IMG/VR virus record: IMGVR_UViG_3300030019_000007
Reading direction: 5' to 3' (one strand)
DNA: 64,000 bases
Origin: a virus
Taxonomy: Duplodnaviria; Heunggongvirae; Uroviricota; Caudoviricetes
Position numbers and translations under genes: made by a program. Of this stretch, positions 38,636 through 47,725 are shown one piece after another; within the stretch, counting starts at the first letter, position 1; each line of letters opens with the position of its first letter. A model generated the notes under the pieces. The model was not told the DNA's origin, did not search any database, and was given only the letters and a program-made list of their open reading frames with translations.

Positions 38636-39481
38636 TTAATTTATTACTCTATTACTTTTTATCATCCATCTATATAGAGTAGTATAGTGGATATTTAATT
38701 CGTTTGCTAAGTTAATAATATTTTCACCATTTTTTATCCTATTAATGATTATAATTTTATTTTCTTGTGCTATTTTCTTAGTATCTCTACTTTGTAAGGT
38801 AGAGATACTAACTATTTTATTTTGTTCTTGAAGTTTAGTAAATGTTTTATATTTTCTATTTAAATATATAGAAGATTCCTTATATAATTTTATAAGGAAT
38901 AGCTCTGTATTTAAATTTCCACTTATGTGGGTTTCATACACACTTCCTCTTTTTCTAATAGTTTTCTTTAAAGATAAATCATTAGTTATTAAATTGGCTG
39001 CAGAATTACAAAATTCTTCTGTACTAATTATTGACCACTCTGTATTTCTTATATAGCCATCTCCATCACTGTACCCTCTTAAGAAATGCCAAATAAATTT
39101 AATAGGGACTTGTTCTGCAGTCGGAAATTTTAAAGTGAAAGTTTTATTATTAGACATTCCTAATTTTTCTAAATCTTCACAAATCTTTTTAGAAGATATA
39201 TTTAATCTAACTAAAGGTTTACATATATAGGTTTTATTTTTTAGTTTACTATACATTATTCTTTCAGGAATATTATGTAAAGGCCCAGTATAATGAATAT
39301 CTTCTTTAAATCTTTCTATTATTTCTTTATCCGATTCTAATATTTGAATTTCAAATCTATTTCTTTTTCCTAAATAATTTGTACCATCTGCATATAATAA
39401 TCCTAAAAAATATGCTTTATACTCTGTATCTATTACAGAGAAGTAATTCTCATCTACTGTATATAATCTATTCATTACCAT
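38636..39481 (-). CDS. LAGLIDADG homing endonuclease (double-motif)
   Basis: Two LAGLIDADG motifs, AYFLGLLYADGT and FLRGYSDGDGYI. C-terminal HTH-like tail NIHYTTLYRWM. Confidence 0.75.
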   Translation of the reverse strand: MVMNRLYTVDENYFSVIDTEYKAYFLGLLYADGTNYLGKRNRFEIQILESDKEIIERFKEDIHYTGPLHNIPERIMYSKLKNKTYICKPLVRLNISSKKICEDLEKLGMSNNKTFTLKFPTAEQVPIKFIWHFLRGYSDGDGYIRNTEWSIISTEEFCNSAANLITNDLSLKKTIRKRGSVYETHISGNLNTELFLIKLYKESSIYLNRKYKTFTKLQEQNKIVSISTLQSRDTKKIAQENKIIIINRIKNGENIINLANELNIHYTTLYRWMIKSNRVIN

Positions 39482-39750
39482 TTATTTACAATGCATCTAG
39501 CATGTCTTAGTGCAGTTTTGGCATTTAATCTACAACCACAACCGCGAATAGCTCCTTCAAAAAATACATTAGAACTTTCATTCTCCTTGTTTATCCATTT
39601 GTCTGGATCACATAATGGTCCAGCTATTGTACTCTTATAGATTGGGCAGTTCATACAGATTGTTAAACGATGCTCACTTAGATCTTTATGATTACCTAGA
39701 AGTTCGTTGATATGCCCCTCTACTATGTCCTTAATTTGTTTCAATTTCAT
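39475..39750 (-). CDS. Cys-rich putative zinc-binding protein (91 aa)
   Basis: CMNCP...CDP...GCGCR...C cluster. Overlaps neighbours by 4-7 nt. Confidence 0.45.
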   Translation of the reverse strand: MKLKQIKDIVEGHINELLGNHKDLSEHRLTICMNCPIYKSTIAGPLCDPDKWINKENESSNVFFEGAIRGCGCRLNAKTALRHARCIVNKW

Positions 39751-40655
39751 CTTGATTTACTCCTTTCTCTCTCGATATAGTTTTTCTTTTTAATGTCCTT
39801 GATTATTTTATCAATTTCTCCAGGCATATAAGGAAGTTCTATATCAGTTTGTTTCCCATCTCTATCACAATGCTTAATTAAAAGTAATTTAATGTTGAAG
39901 TTTGGGTTAATTTTTTGTAGAAGTCTAGCATAAAAACTAAGTTGAAGAATATAATGACCTTTATCGCAATCCATTATAGTGTTTACTGGATACTTCATCA
40001 TCTTATAAGTCTTAGTGAAGTTATTGAAGTAAGATTTTTCTTCAACTCCTTTAGCATTTGTCTTGTAATCTATAAGATAAATGTTATTTCCTTCTTTTAT
40101 AAGTAGATCTATTTGTCCTGAGATACGTAAATCTTCTTCTTCCCATGAGATAAGATACTCTGGGTAAACTCCATACTCTAAATCCAACTCATAATTATCT
40201 CTTCTACAAACAAAGTCTCCTTGAAATCTCTTATCGTATTGATGAAGATTAATTGTGGGGGCATTATAAAATTTAAGTTCTTGTTGGAGATGGTATGCAG
40301 TACCATAGTCACATGCTTCCTTACTATTTTTCTTGTACCCCTCTGCTATAGTTCTAGCATTTTCTTCCACATCTATAGGATCAATTCCTAATTGTGTACA
40401 GTAAGAGTCTTTCCACACTTTAGTTTTAAGTAATTCAGTTTTAATTCTTGTTCCTTTAAAATTATCTATACCATATAAAGCTTCTAAAGCTTTATAGTGT
40501 GACCAAAATAAGTCATCAAATGGTTCATAATAATCAGCGATACAAGTTGTTACTGATACATATTTTTTCTTTGGGTCTCTGAGATCAAAGTATGTGTGAT
40601 CAGAATCTCTGAAGGCTACATTACCATTTCTCTTATCATATATTAATTCATTCAT
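39747..40655 (-). CDS. PD-(D/E)xK-family nuclease (phage exonuclease/recombination-type)
   Basis: GQIDLLIKEGNNIYLIDYKTN carries motif I (D), a hydrophobic stretch, and motif II (DYK) of PD-(D/E)xK nucleases. Confidence 0.45.
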   Translation of the reverse strand: MNELIYDKRNGNVAFRDSDHTYFDLRDPKKKYVSVTTCIADYYEPFDDLFWSHYKALEALYGIDNFKGTRIKTELLKTKVWKDSYCTQLGIDPIDVEENARTIAEGYKKNSKEACDYGTAYHLQQELKFYNAPTINLHQYDKRFQGDFVCRRDNYELDLEYGVYPEYLISWEEEDLRISGQIDLLIKEGNNIYLIDYKTNAKGVEEKSYFNNFTKTYKMMKYPVNTIMDCDKGHYILQLSFYARLLQKINPNFNIKLLLIKHCDRDGKQTDIELPYMPGEIDKIIKDIKKKNYIERERSKSR

Positions 40656-40684
40656 TTATTTATTTTTTATTCTTTTTATTCTTT

Positions 40685-41053
40685 TTATAATCCGAAAAGT
40701 GTAATTACTTTTCCTACTCCACCTGCTGCAATTAATGAGATTAAAATCATTCCTATAATTGTACTTGTCTTTGGGTACTTTCTCATAAAAGTAAAGAGAA
40801 ATAAATCTTCTCCCATTTGTAGTTTATAGTCATCAAGTTCCTTTTTAATAGGACACGATAAAATATGTGTACTATTACGAAGTTCGGTTTCTTCCATCTT
40901 TGCTTCTAGTTTATTTACTCTACCATTTGTTTTAGTAGTTTGCTCTTTTATAGCTCCTAATTGTAGATTCACGTTTGAAAATTTTTCGGTTAACACTTCA
41001 TTGTTCATGTCAAATTTCAAATCTAGGTAATCCTTAAGTTCGTGTAATTCCAT
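40685..41053 (-). CDS. coiled-coil protein with C-terminal transmembrane anchor (122 aa)
   Basis: Hydrophobic C-terminus IIGMILISLIAAGGVG. First gene of the minus-strand block. Divergent promoter region upstream. Confidence 0.5.
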   Translation of the reverse strand: MELHELKDYLDLKFDMNNEVLTEKFSNVNLQLGAIKEQTTKTNGRVNKLEAKMEETELRNSTHILSCPIKKELDDYKLQMGEDLFLFTFMRKYPKTSTIIGMILISLIAAGGVGKVITLFGL

Positions 41054-41089
41054 TTATCTATATTTAGTGTGAATTAATAATCTTTATCG

Positions 41090-41121
41090 TTTGCAAATGT
41101 ATAAAAAATACTTTAACTTTG
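41090..41121 (+). promoter_or_regulatory. Bacteroidetes-type promoter (-33 TTTG, -7 TAacTTTG) for the plus-strand block
   Basis: TTTG at 41090-93 and TAACTTTG at 41114-21, a 20-nt spacer. 33 nt upstream of the ATG at 41154. Confidence 0.4.
41094..41101 (-). promoter_or_regulatory. minus-strand -7 box TAcaTTTG (divergent promoter) upstream of 40685..41053
   Basis: Reverse complement of CAAATGTA. Same motif as at 24465 and 21762. Confidence 0.35.
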
Positions 41122-41153
41122 CAAATAAGTTTAACGTTAAATTTTAAAATATT

Positions 41154-41531
41154 ATGAGTGTAAAATTAATACCAAAGAATCAAAAGGGTGGAAAATTTGA
41201 GGAAAAAAATCCTGAAAAACAAACAGGTAAATCAAAAGTACAAGAAGCCATATCTTTAGCTAAAGTAAAGAAAAATCAAGATGGAAATAAAATAGAGGTT
41301 GTTAAAAAAAGACCACCTTTAAATGATCCTAAACAAATGACTAATGTACAACAATTTAGAAATGACTCTACTGCAAATCTAAAGACTCCTATTATGAATA
41401 CTACAAAATCTCAGAGAGAAGATTTGGACAAATCAAATGCTGAGATCGCTGCTAAAGAAAAGAAAGACAAAGAAGCTAGAGCATTTGAATCTAGACAATT
41501 GGCATCTAGTAGGAAAGAAAGAGGATATTAA
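41154..41531 (+). CDS. Lys-rich basic protein, member of an MxxLIPKNxKGG N-terminal motif family (125 aa)
   Basis: N-terminus MSVKLIPKNQKGGKF. Preceded by a Bacteroidetes-type promoter. Confidence 0.5.
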   Translation: MSVKLIPKNQKGGKFEEKNPEKQTGKSKVQEAISLAKVKKNQDGNKIEVVKKRPPLNDPKQMTNVQQFRNDSTANLKTPIMNTTKSQREDLDKSNAEIAAKEKKDKEARAFESRQLASSRKERGY

Positions 41532-41542
41532 TTTAATCTGCC

Positions 41543-41824
41543 ATGATCTTACTAATTCCTAAAAATAAAAAAGGAGGTTGGCTTAAGGGGGCAGTAAACC
41601 CAAAGCATGAGGGGTACTGTACACCAATGACTAAGCCCACCTGTACTCCTAGGAGAAAGGCCTTTGCGATGACTATGAAGAAACATCATGGTTTTCATAA
41701 GAAAGAAGATGGGGGAGAAATTGAGATGACTACTACTGGTGGGAAAGGTCCTAGGAAAGTTATTGTAGAGAAAAACGGCGGAGTACTTTATAGTCCTATG
41801 TTAGAAAAAATGCTACAGCATTAA
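41543..41824 (+). CDS. basic protein, paralogous N-terminus MILLIPKNKKGG (93 aa)
   Basis: Shares its N-terminal motif with 41154..41531. Followed by a bidirectional terminator. Confidence 0.5.
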   Translation: MILLIPKNKKGGWLKGAVNPKHEGYCTPMTKPTCTPRRKAFAMTMKKHHGFHKKEDGGEIEMTTTGGKGPRKVIVEKNGGVLYSPMLEKMLQH

Positions 41825-41826
41825 AA

Positions 41827-41856
41827 AAGCCCACTAAATGTGGGCTTTTCTTATTT
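41827..41856. terminator. bidirectional terminator between convergent genes
   Basis: AAGCCCAC-TAAAT-GTGGGCTT followed by TTCTTATTT. A-run on the other side. Confidence 0.6.
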
Positions 41857-42555
41857 GGCTATAAATACTCCACCAATAAAAGCAACTGTTCCCCATAACC
41901 AGGGTTTCATATACCATTTAGAAGTGGGTGTGATTATAATTTGAGATCCATTAGTTATTTTAGCAAGTGGATCTGAAAGAGAAGTGGTTACTATATATGA
42001 TTTTCCTTGTTTCTCTGTGACTGAATTAATTTTAGTTTGATACATATATGTGGCATCAAATTCTTTATTTTTTATTTGACCATTTAAAGTTAAAAATTTA
42101 TTACTCCAAAATATCTTTTGTAAAAGAATCGGTCCAACAATTGTGTCATGTATAATAGAGTCTTTAACATTTGTATGTATTTCTCCAGCAGCAGCTAATT
42201 CCATCTTTAAAGTTGAGACTACATCTCTCCATGCTACTTTTTCCGCTTTCAATTGTTTTAAATCAAATCCTTGGGCTTCTAATGATTTCTTTAGAGCATT
42301 TCTTTCTACTTCTATAGATTGAGTTTGGAAATAAGCTTCCCCAGCTTTAGTTTTATACATTACTGCAGAATCTGTCTGTGCCATAAGTGAGACTGCTTGT
42401 ATTTGATTCTTCTTATCTAAACTTTTATTCTGGTAATATAAAACTATTACAGTAATTAATAGAATCCCTACTAATATATATTTACCATATCCCAACCATT
42501 TTTGTAGTGTTGTTTTAACTATCAGGGCTTTATCCTGTATTACTTGTGTGTCCAT
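41851..42555 (-). CDS. membrane-anchored coiled-coil protein, spanin-like (234 aa)
   Basis: N-terminal TM helix (ILVGILLITVIVLYY), coiled-coil periplasmic part, C-terminal hydrophobic segment. Adjacent to a holin-like ORF. Confidence 0.4.
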   Translation of the reverse strand: MDTQVIQDKALIVKTTLQKWLGYGKYILVGILLITVIVLYYQNKSLDKKNQIQAVSLMAQTDSAVMYKTKAGEAYFQTQSIEVERNALKKSLEAQGFDLKQLKAEKVAWRDVVSTLKMELAAAGEIHTNVKDSIIHDTIVGPILLQKIFWSNKFLTLNGQIKNKEFDATYMYQTKINSVTEKQGKSYIVTTSLSDPLAKITNGSQIIITPTSKWYMKPWLWGTVAFIGGVFIAK

Positions 42556-42560
42556 ATTAT

Positions 42561-42956
42561 TTATTGTATTGGTGGCAACGGAGTTGTTGTTTGTGATTTA
42601 TCTATTGTGGTAGTTGTTACTGAACTTTCAGTTGTATCTTTTACTCCAGTCTTTGCTTCTGCAAATTTCTGTATTGCTTTAGGAACTACCGAGGCAATTA
42701 CTAAAATTACAAAGATATCCCAATCTATTCTTTTAAGTTGAGAGACTAACATATTGTAACTTTGTTCTGTTATACAGTTTGTTTTTAATAAAGTTGTGTA
42801 TTCTATTAGTTGAGCATTGTATGCCACAAAGGAAAAGAAAGTATAGGCACATAATAATATGAAGAATAGAAGTTCTAATAACCTCATAAAACTATTTGCT
42901 ACAGAACCATTTGCTTGTACTTCTTGAAAGAAACCTATTTTTGCTTGTGTACCCAT
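42561..42956 (-). CDS. two-TM small membrane protein, holin-like (131 aa)
   Basis: Two hydrophobic helices (LLELLFFILLCAYTFFSFVAY and IFVILVIASVV) and a Thr-rich tail. Confidence 0.4.
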   Translation of the reverse strand: MGTQAKIGFFQEVQANGSVANSFMRLLELLFFILLCAYTFFSFVAYNAQLIEYTTLLKTNCITEQSYNMLVSQLKRIDWDIFVILVIASVVPKAIQKFAEAKTGVKDTTESSVTTTTIDKSQTTTPLPPIQ

Positions 42957-42993
42957 ATTATATAGTTTAAAACTGCGAAGTTAATTAAAATAT

Positions 42994-44985
42994 TTGTACT
43001 TTTGTATGGTAAATCAAAATAAATTTTATATGAAAGTAACTCCAAAATATCAAACTGGTAATAAAATTACACAAGACCAAATAGATCAAGCTGATAAAAA
43101 TCGTACTTATTTAAATCCTTCTACTTTTAAAACTCCAGAGTTAAAGAAAGTTGAGAATGATGCTAGAACTGATGAGAAGACTACTAATTTTATTACTGAT
43201 ATGGGTACTGGTGCTTTAACTATGGGTAGCCAATTTAGATTTCCCTCTCAAGATGAACTAGAGAAAGGTAGAGCAGGTTGGAAAGGTAGAGTTCCTTTAC
43301 TAGCACAAGCAATTACTTATGGATTAGGTAATGAATTAATGGGTGGAACAGCTTATAAAACAGCTGAAGGTATAGGTAAAGTAGTTGGGGGAATTGAAGA
43401 TGCACTACCAAATATTACTAAGAAGTTAATGAATATTCCTGGAGTAACTGCAGATGCCCCTGAGAAAGGATACCATGCATTAAATTTGGATCACTGGGCT
43501 TTACATCCAGGCAAACTAGTAGAAAAGGTAGTTGACTCTGAAGTAGCAGTTCCTTTAAAAGATAAGTTATTACTATATGGAGAAGCTGCGGGAAATAGAA
43601 TTATGTCTCCATTAATGAGGACTCCTTTAAGTACTCCTATAAAAAAGCTAGCAGAAAAAGTAATGAATATTTCAGGGGGGTCTCCTACAATGTCCTTAAG
43701 TAAACTTAAAAATATATCATATGCAACTCCTGAATTTGGTAAATACGCCGGATCACTTGGTGGTGAGACAGATATAAATCGCAATTTAATTAGGACATAT
43801 TTATATGGAGAACCAGGTTCTATGGTTGAAGCTGGGAAAGATGTTGCTAATATTCCTTTAGGTGAGAGATTTGATAAACTATACCCTAAAGCTAAGACTT
43901 ATATGATGAATTCTAGTATAAAACATGGAGAACCAGTGTATTCAGACGCTTATGCCCTACCTACTGTTGAACAGGGTGCAGTAGGAAGAACCAGGTCCCC
44001 AGCAAGTCCTATAGATGATATTGGAGGCCACATGATTCAGAATAAAATAATTAATGGGAAGCCTACTTTAATCACACAAGACTTATGGAAATTTAACCCA
44101 AAAGATTATTCAGGTAGATGGGGAGGATGGGGAGGAGAATCAAATCCTTTTTTGAGATTAAAAGCAGAGAAGGAAGCAGGTATGTTAGATAAAGTAGGTA
44201 ATCCATTTTATCTATTACAAAACAATCCTATAGTTGAGGTTGGTCAAGGTACCCCTAAATCAACTAATAGATTTAATCTTAACCATTTTCAAGATATTGT
44301 ACCAAATTATTTAAAAGAACTTCCAAAAGAAATAATTTTTAAAAGAAGAGGTGGTAGATTAATTCCTAAACATCAGACTGGGAGTAAAATAACAGAACAA
44401 CAAGTATTAGGACAATTTCCTGGACTTAAGGCTATGCAAGGAAAGATAGTTCTACAACCTAATAGTAAAGGTGTGCATGGTGTAGAGTATATAGGACCTG
44501 ATACTCCATCTATTAACTATTCAGATTCTGTAAAGATACCCCATCCTCAACCTGGTAAACATGCTGATATTTATAATCCTGAGACAGAGACTCCACAAAC
44601 TTTAGCTTTAGATTTTGTATCTCATGGTCTCTCTAAAGAAGATCCAGCATTCAACTATCATAAGGAAGAGTTTAAAAAGAATTTCTTAGCAAGTCCTGCG
44701 GGTAAAGATGCTACTTATTGGGGAACAAAAAGATTTAATGAACAGCAAGGAGATTATAAAGATAGTAAAGATGAGTTGATACAGAATGAAGTAGATGGAG
44801 GATTGAGAAATCTTTTATTTAAAGGAGACTATAAAAAGTTTAGGTACTATGACAAACCACAGGAATGGCTGGCAGACCCTAAGTTAAAAGAATCCTTCCA
44901 GAGATTACAGGATTATCTACAAGTGCCTGGTTCAATTATGTTGCCAGAGGCTAGTGTTACTGCCAAGAGAATAATTAAAAAGTAG
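42994..44985 (+). CDS. large hypothetical protein (651-663 aa) with N-terminal and internal copies of the IPK-x-QTG-x-KIT motif
   Basis: Track ORF starts at TTG 42994. The ATG at 43030 gives MKVTPKYQTGNKITQDQ. Internal repeat RLIPKHQTGSKITEQQ. Confidence 0.55.
   Translation: MYFCMVNQNKFYMKVTPKYQTGNKITQDQIDQADKNRTYLNPSTFKTPELKKVENDARTDEKTTNFITDMGTGALTMGSQFRFPSQDELEKGRAGWKGRVPLLAQAITYGLGNELMGGTAYKTAEGIGKVVGGIEDALPNITKKLMNIPGVTADAPEKGYHALNLDHWALHPGKLVEKVVDSEVAVPLKDKLLLYGEAAGNRIMSPLMRTPLSTPIKKLAEKVMNISGGSPTMSLSKLKNISYATPEFGKYAGSLGGETDINRNLIRTYLYGEPGSMVEAGKDVANIPLGERFDKLYPKAKTYMMNSSIKHGEPVYSDAYALPTVEQGAVGRTRSPASPIDDIGGHMIQNKIINGKPTLITQDLWKFNPKDYSGRWGGWGGESNPFLRLKAEKEAGMLDKVGNPFYLLQNNPIVEVGQGTPKSTNRFNLNHFQDIVPNYLKELPKEIIFKRRGGRLIPKHQTGSKITEQQVLGQFPGLKAMQGKIVLQPNSKGVHGVEYIGPDTPSINYSDSVKIPHPQPGKHADIYNPETETPQTLALDFVSHGLSKEDPAFNYHKEEFKKNFLASPAGKDATYWGTKRFNEQQGDYKDSKDELIQNEVDGGLRNLLFKGDYKKFRYYDKPQEWLADPKLKESFQRLQDYLQVPGSIMLPEASVTAKRIIKK
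42997..43004 (+). promoter_or_regulatory. -7 box TActTTTG upstream of ATG 43030
   Basis: Motif lies 26 nt upstream of the ATG giving MKVTPKYQTG. Confidence 0.3.
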
Positions 44986-45126
44986 TAACTACAGAAATAT
45001 TGTTTTAAGTTTGTGTAGTAATACATAAGTTTGTGATTAACTAAATATATTTATTATGGAAACTATTTCAAAGAGTTGTTGTCCTACTCCTACTTTACCT
45101 CCTGTTAAATGGTAATAGGAAAAAGA

Positions 45127-45164
45127 AAACCCCAGGTACTAAGAGTACTTGGGGTTTTTATTTT
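45127..45164. terminator. bidirectional terminator between convergent genes 42994..44985 and 45163..45516
   Basis: 11-bp stem CCCCAGGTACT-AAG-AGTACTTGGGG followed by TTTTTATTTT. A-run upstream. Confidence 0.6.
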
Positions 45165-45516
45165 ATAAGAGTTTTCTCATCCATATATAATTTTCTTTCT
45201 CATGATCTTTGTAGTCTGTGTAGCCTCTTCTTAAATACCACTCATGCATCCATGAGTTTTTTTCTACCCAAAGATAAGAGTCTTTTTTACTTAATTCTCT
45301 TCCAAGATCCTCACATAAATCTAAGAGATTATTTCCTAAACCTTTCTTAGTATCTGTTACATATAGACTTGCTATATAAAAAGATAGAGGGTCATCATGA
45401 TACCAGTATACTTGAACAAAGCTCTTGCCTTCTTTCTCTATTATTGTGAGAGTGTCTTGTACATTATCGGGGGATAGATTAGCGGAGAACTTAGTTGGAA
45501 TATTAAATAGTTGCAT
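45163..45516 (-). CDS. GNAT-family acetyltransferase-like protein (117 aa)
   Basis: LGNNLLDLCEDLGRE...LWVEKNSWMHEWYLRRGY resembles the GNAT motif A/B region. Confidence 0.4.
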   Translation of the reverse strand: MQLFNIPTKFSANLSPDNVQDTLTIIEKEGKSFVQVYWYHDDPLSFYIASLYVTDTKKGLGNNLLDLCEDLGRELSKKDSYLWVEKNSWMHEWYLRRGYTDYKDHEKENYIWMRKLL

Positions 45517-46031
45517 TACTCTATGTTGTTATATAAATCATCAAGAGTCCCAACATTCTTCCAACCACCTTTATAGATGCCATTATCTTTAAAGTTCTTC
45601 CCAAAGGAACGTACTATACTAGCTATTCTATTCTCTTCTATTTTAATCTCTAAAATTTTAGCTAAACCAGGAAGTTCATTAAAGTTTAGAGTAAAATCTT
45701 CCTCAGAGTTTAGAGTACTTCTCCGTAATTTAAATCCCCCATAAATAGTTTCTTTTAAAACAATAGTTAAAGTAGGATCAAACTCTGCGGCTTTTCTCCA
45801 TAGTTCTTTAATAGGTTCTGTTTGAGTTATTGCTAAAGCAAGTTTCTCGATAGTCTCAGGAAGATAAAAATACTTTACTGCTTCTTCTAAAGTTCTTTGA
45901 CCTGTATGTAAGATAGGTCTATTATACATGAGGACAGATAGTTTATAGGACTCTGAGTACTTTCCTGTTATCTCTAGTTTTAGAGATAGATCCTTGTTGA
46001 TTCGAAACAAGTCATCAATTAATTTTTCCAT
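45516..46031 (-). CDS. hypothetical protein (171 aa)
   Basis: ORF track. Start/stop overlap with the downstream gene. Confidence 0.45.
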   Translation of the reverse strand: MEKLIDDLFRINKDLSLKLEITGKYSESYKLSVLMYNRPILHTGQRTLEEAVKYFYLPETIEKLALAITQTEPIKELWRKAAEFDPTLTIVLKETIYGGFKLRRSTLNSEEDFTLNFNELPGLAKILEIKIEENRIASIVRSFGKNFKDNGIYKGGWKNVGTLDDLYNNIE

Positions 46032-46127
46032 ATTAGTTCATTTAATTTCTCATTATTGAGCCAACAAAGATACGAATAATTATAATGATGAGGAAAAAAA
46101 TTTTTATATTTTTTAGATGAGAGGGAA

Positions 46128-47066
46128 TTAAGAAGCATCTTTTAGTATTGTTAAAAATTCTTCATTAGGTAAAGTGCCTTTCATCCTATTGTATACCATT
46201 CTAATAAATTGAAAATTATTTTTGACGTACCCTTTAGTGGAGTCTATTCTATCTATAGAGAGCATGTAATTTTCATCTCCCATAATAAATTCTTTCTTAC
46301 TAAAAGCACATACTTTATTCTGTTTCAAATATTGAGAAATTAAATCCTCCACAGTTAAATTAAATGCTAAATCTCTTTTAGTAGCAGATCCTCTAATACA
46401 ACTAAATTTATATTTAAAATATTTGGCAATATCTATAATTTTTGAATCATGTATTCCAGAAGTACAATGAGTACAACAACTTTTACTTTTCTTATTAAAC
46501 ATAGTTGGATCTGTAGTTCCACATACTTTACATAAATAATTTTTTGGTCTCCCAGTATCATGATATATATATTTTAAATAACCATTTGTATCTCTAACAG
46601 TATTTGATATAGTTCTATTTATATAGTTTTCATTAAATAATTTATCTGTAATACCTCCATAAGGTTCTAAGGATTTTAAAAAATTATTATATCCTAACCA
46701 AGTTGGGCAATTAAGTAATTTCATTTGTTTAGTTTTAGTAAATAAAAGATTGAATTCATTATAGTTAAGATAAATCCTACTTAAATATTCTTTAGTAATT
46801 CTAGGTAAAGGTAAACTAAGAAATTTAGGAGGAGATAGTTCCAAATTTAATAACACTTTATATTGATATACATACCCAGTTAATCTATGTACTTCAATAT
46901 ACTTTTTGTTTTCTAATTCTTTAATACATTTTCTTAAAGTATCATCATTACAACTCATAAGTTTTGATAATTCTTCTGCAGTTTTGTCGTCTCCTACTAT
47001 AGTTCTTAATGCTAGGATTGTTAATAATTCTCGATTGTTCATTTTTAATAATTTTGATGTATGCAA
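46128..47066 (-). CDS. winged-helix plus Cys-cluster plus HNH-like (AP2/HNH_3-type) endonuclease-like protein
   Basis: N-terminal HTH-like region. CKVCG...CCTHC cluster. C-terminal SIDRIDSTKGYVKNNFQFI resembles the HNH_3 motif DHIDxNKxNNxxxNL, with Arg in place of His. Confidence 0.4.
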   Translation of the reverse strand: MHTSKLLKMNNRELLTILALRTIVGDDKTAEELSKLMSCNDDTLRKCIKELENKKYIEVHRLTGYVYQYKVLLNLELSPPKFLSLPLPRITKEYLSRIYLNYNEFNLLFTKTKQMKLLNCPTWLGYNNFLKSLEPYGGITDKLFNENYINRTISNTVRDTNGYLKYIYHDTGRPKNYLCKVCGTTDPTMFNKKSKSCCTHCTSGIHDSKIIDIAKYFKYKFSCIRGSATKRDLAFNLTVEDLISQYLKQNKVCAFSKKEFIMGDENYMLSIDRIDSTKGYVKNNFQFIRMVYNRMKGTLPNEEFLTILKDAS

Positions 47067-47215
47067 ATATACGTATTATTTTCGTAGGGGGTTATTATTT
47101 TTAAATAAAATTTTAAAAATTTTTTAAAAAATTGATATATAGTATATTAACGCGAAGGGTCTATACTCTCAAGCCCCCTGCCGTGAGTTAGTGGTAAACT
47201 AAAAAATAAAAAGAC

Positions 47216-47725
47216 ATGCTGTTAAATTCAGAAGTAATCGAAAGAATGGTTGGTACTCCTAAAGCAATTGATATTGCTACCGCAGAACTTGGTGTTGTCC
47301 CTGGCGGAAACATCTGGTCATTTAATGAAGGAGATGAGTTGGTAATCGACAAGGCTAATTACGATGAAGCCGAAGCAACGATGGTAGATGGCAAACGCGT
47401 AACAACTGCGTTGACTCCAGCTCAGGAGAAGAAGGCTACTAAGACTACCTTTAAGTACATCAAAGTCGAAGGTGGTAAACTGTTGAGCCTAGGAACGTTA
47501 CTAAGGCGCGACCGTGAAGGTAAATTTCATCCGCAATCCAAAGATCTTCCAACAAGCATCAGCATAGCTGAGATACTTGACGAGATCGATGGGAAAACGA
47601 TTAAATGCGTAGCTGTTGGAAGCTTCAAAACTCCAACCTTCGGTACTGACCGTAAACCTGCACTTGACGAAAAAGGTCAACCGGTAATGCGTGATCAGAA
47701 ACATTACGCATGGGAAGTTGCATAA
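47216..47725 (+). CDS. hypothetical protein with atypically GC-rich codon usage (169 aa)
   Basis: ORF track. Clearly higher GC by eye than flanking phage genes, with codons such as GGC GCG ACC GTG. Confidence 0.5.
   Translation: MLLNSEVIERMVGTPKAIDIATAELGVVPGGNIWSFNEGDELVIDKANYDEAEATMVDGKRVTTALTPAQEKKATKTTFKYIKVEGGKLLSLGTLLRRDREGKFHPQSKDLPTSISIAEILDEIDGKTIKCVAVGSFKTPTFGTDRKPALDEKGQPVMRDQKHYAWEVA

Noticed and set aside
42994-43029. TTG start proposed by the ORF track for the 663-aa protein
   Set aside because: The ATG at 43030 gives an N-terminus (MKVTPKYQTG...) matching the paralogous motif family and follows a TActTTTG -7 box, so the 12-codon TTG extension is probably untranslated.
5976-47704. 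Short ORFs antisense to, or embedded in, long genes (5976..6188, 6681..6869, 15718..15930, 16135..16392, 18288..18479, 18803..19009, 19417..19602, 21546..21749, 22857..23147, 25832..26170, 27100..27303, 28696..28908, 34440..34637, 34893..35075, 35079..35279, 36823..37014, 42544..42741, 43491..43784, 46906..47127, 47501..47704)
   Set aside because: Each lies wholly inside a much longer, better-supported ORF on the opposite strand. They have low-complexity or hydrophobic junk composition and no start context.
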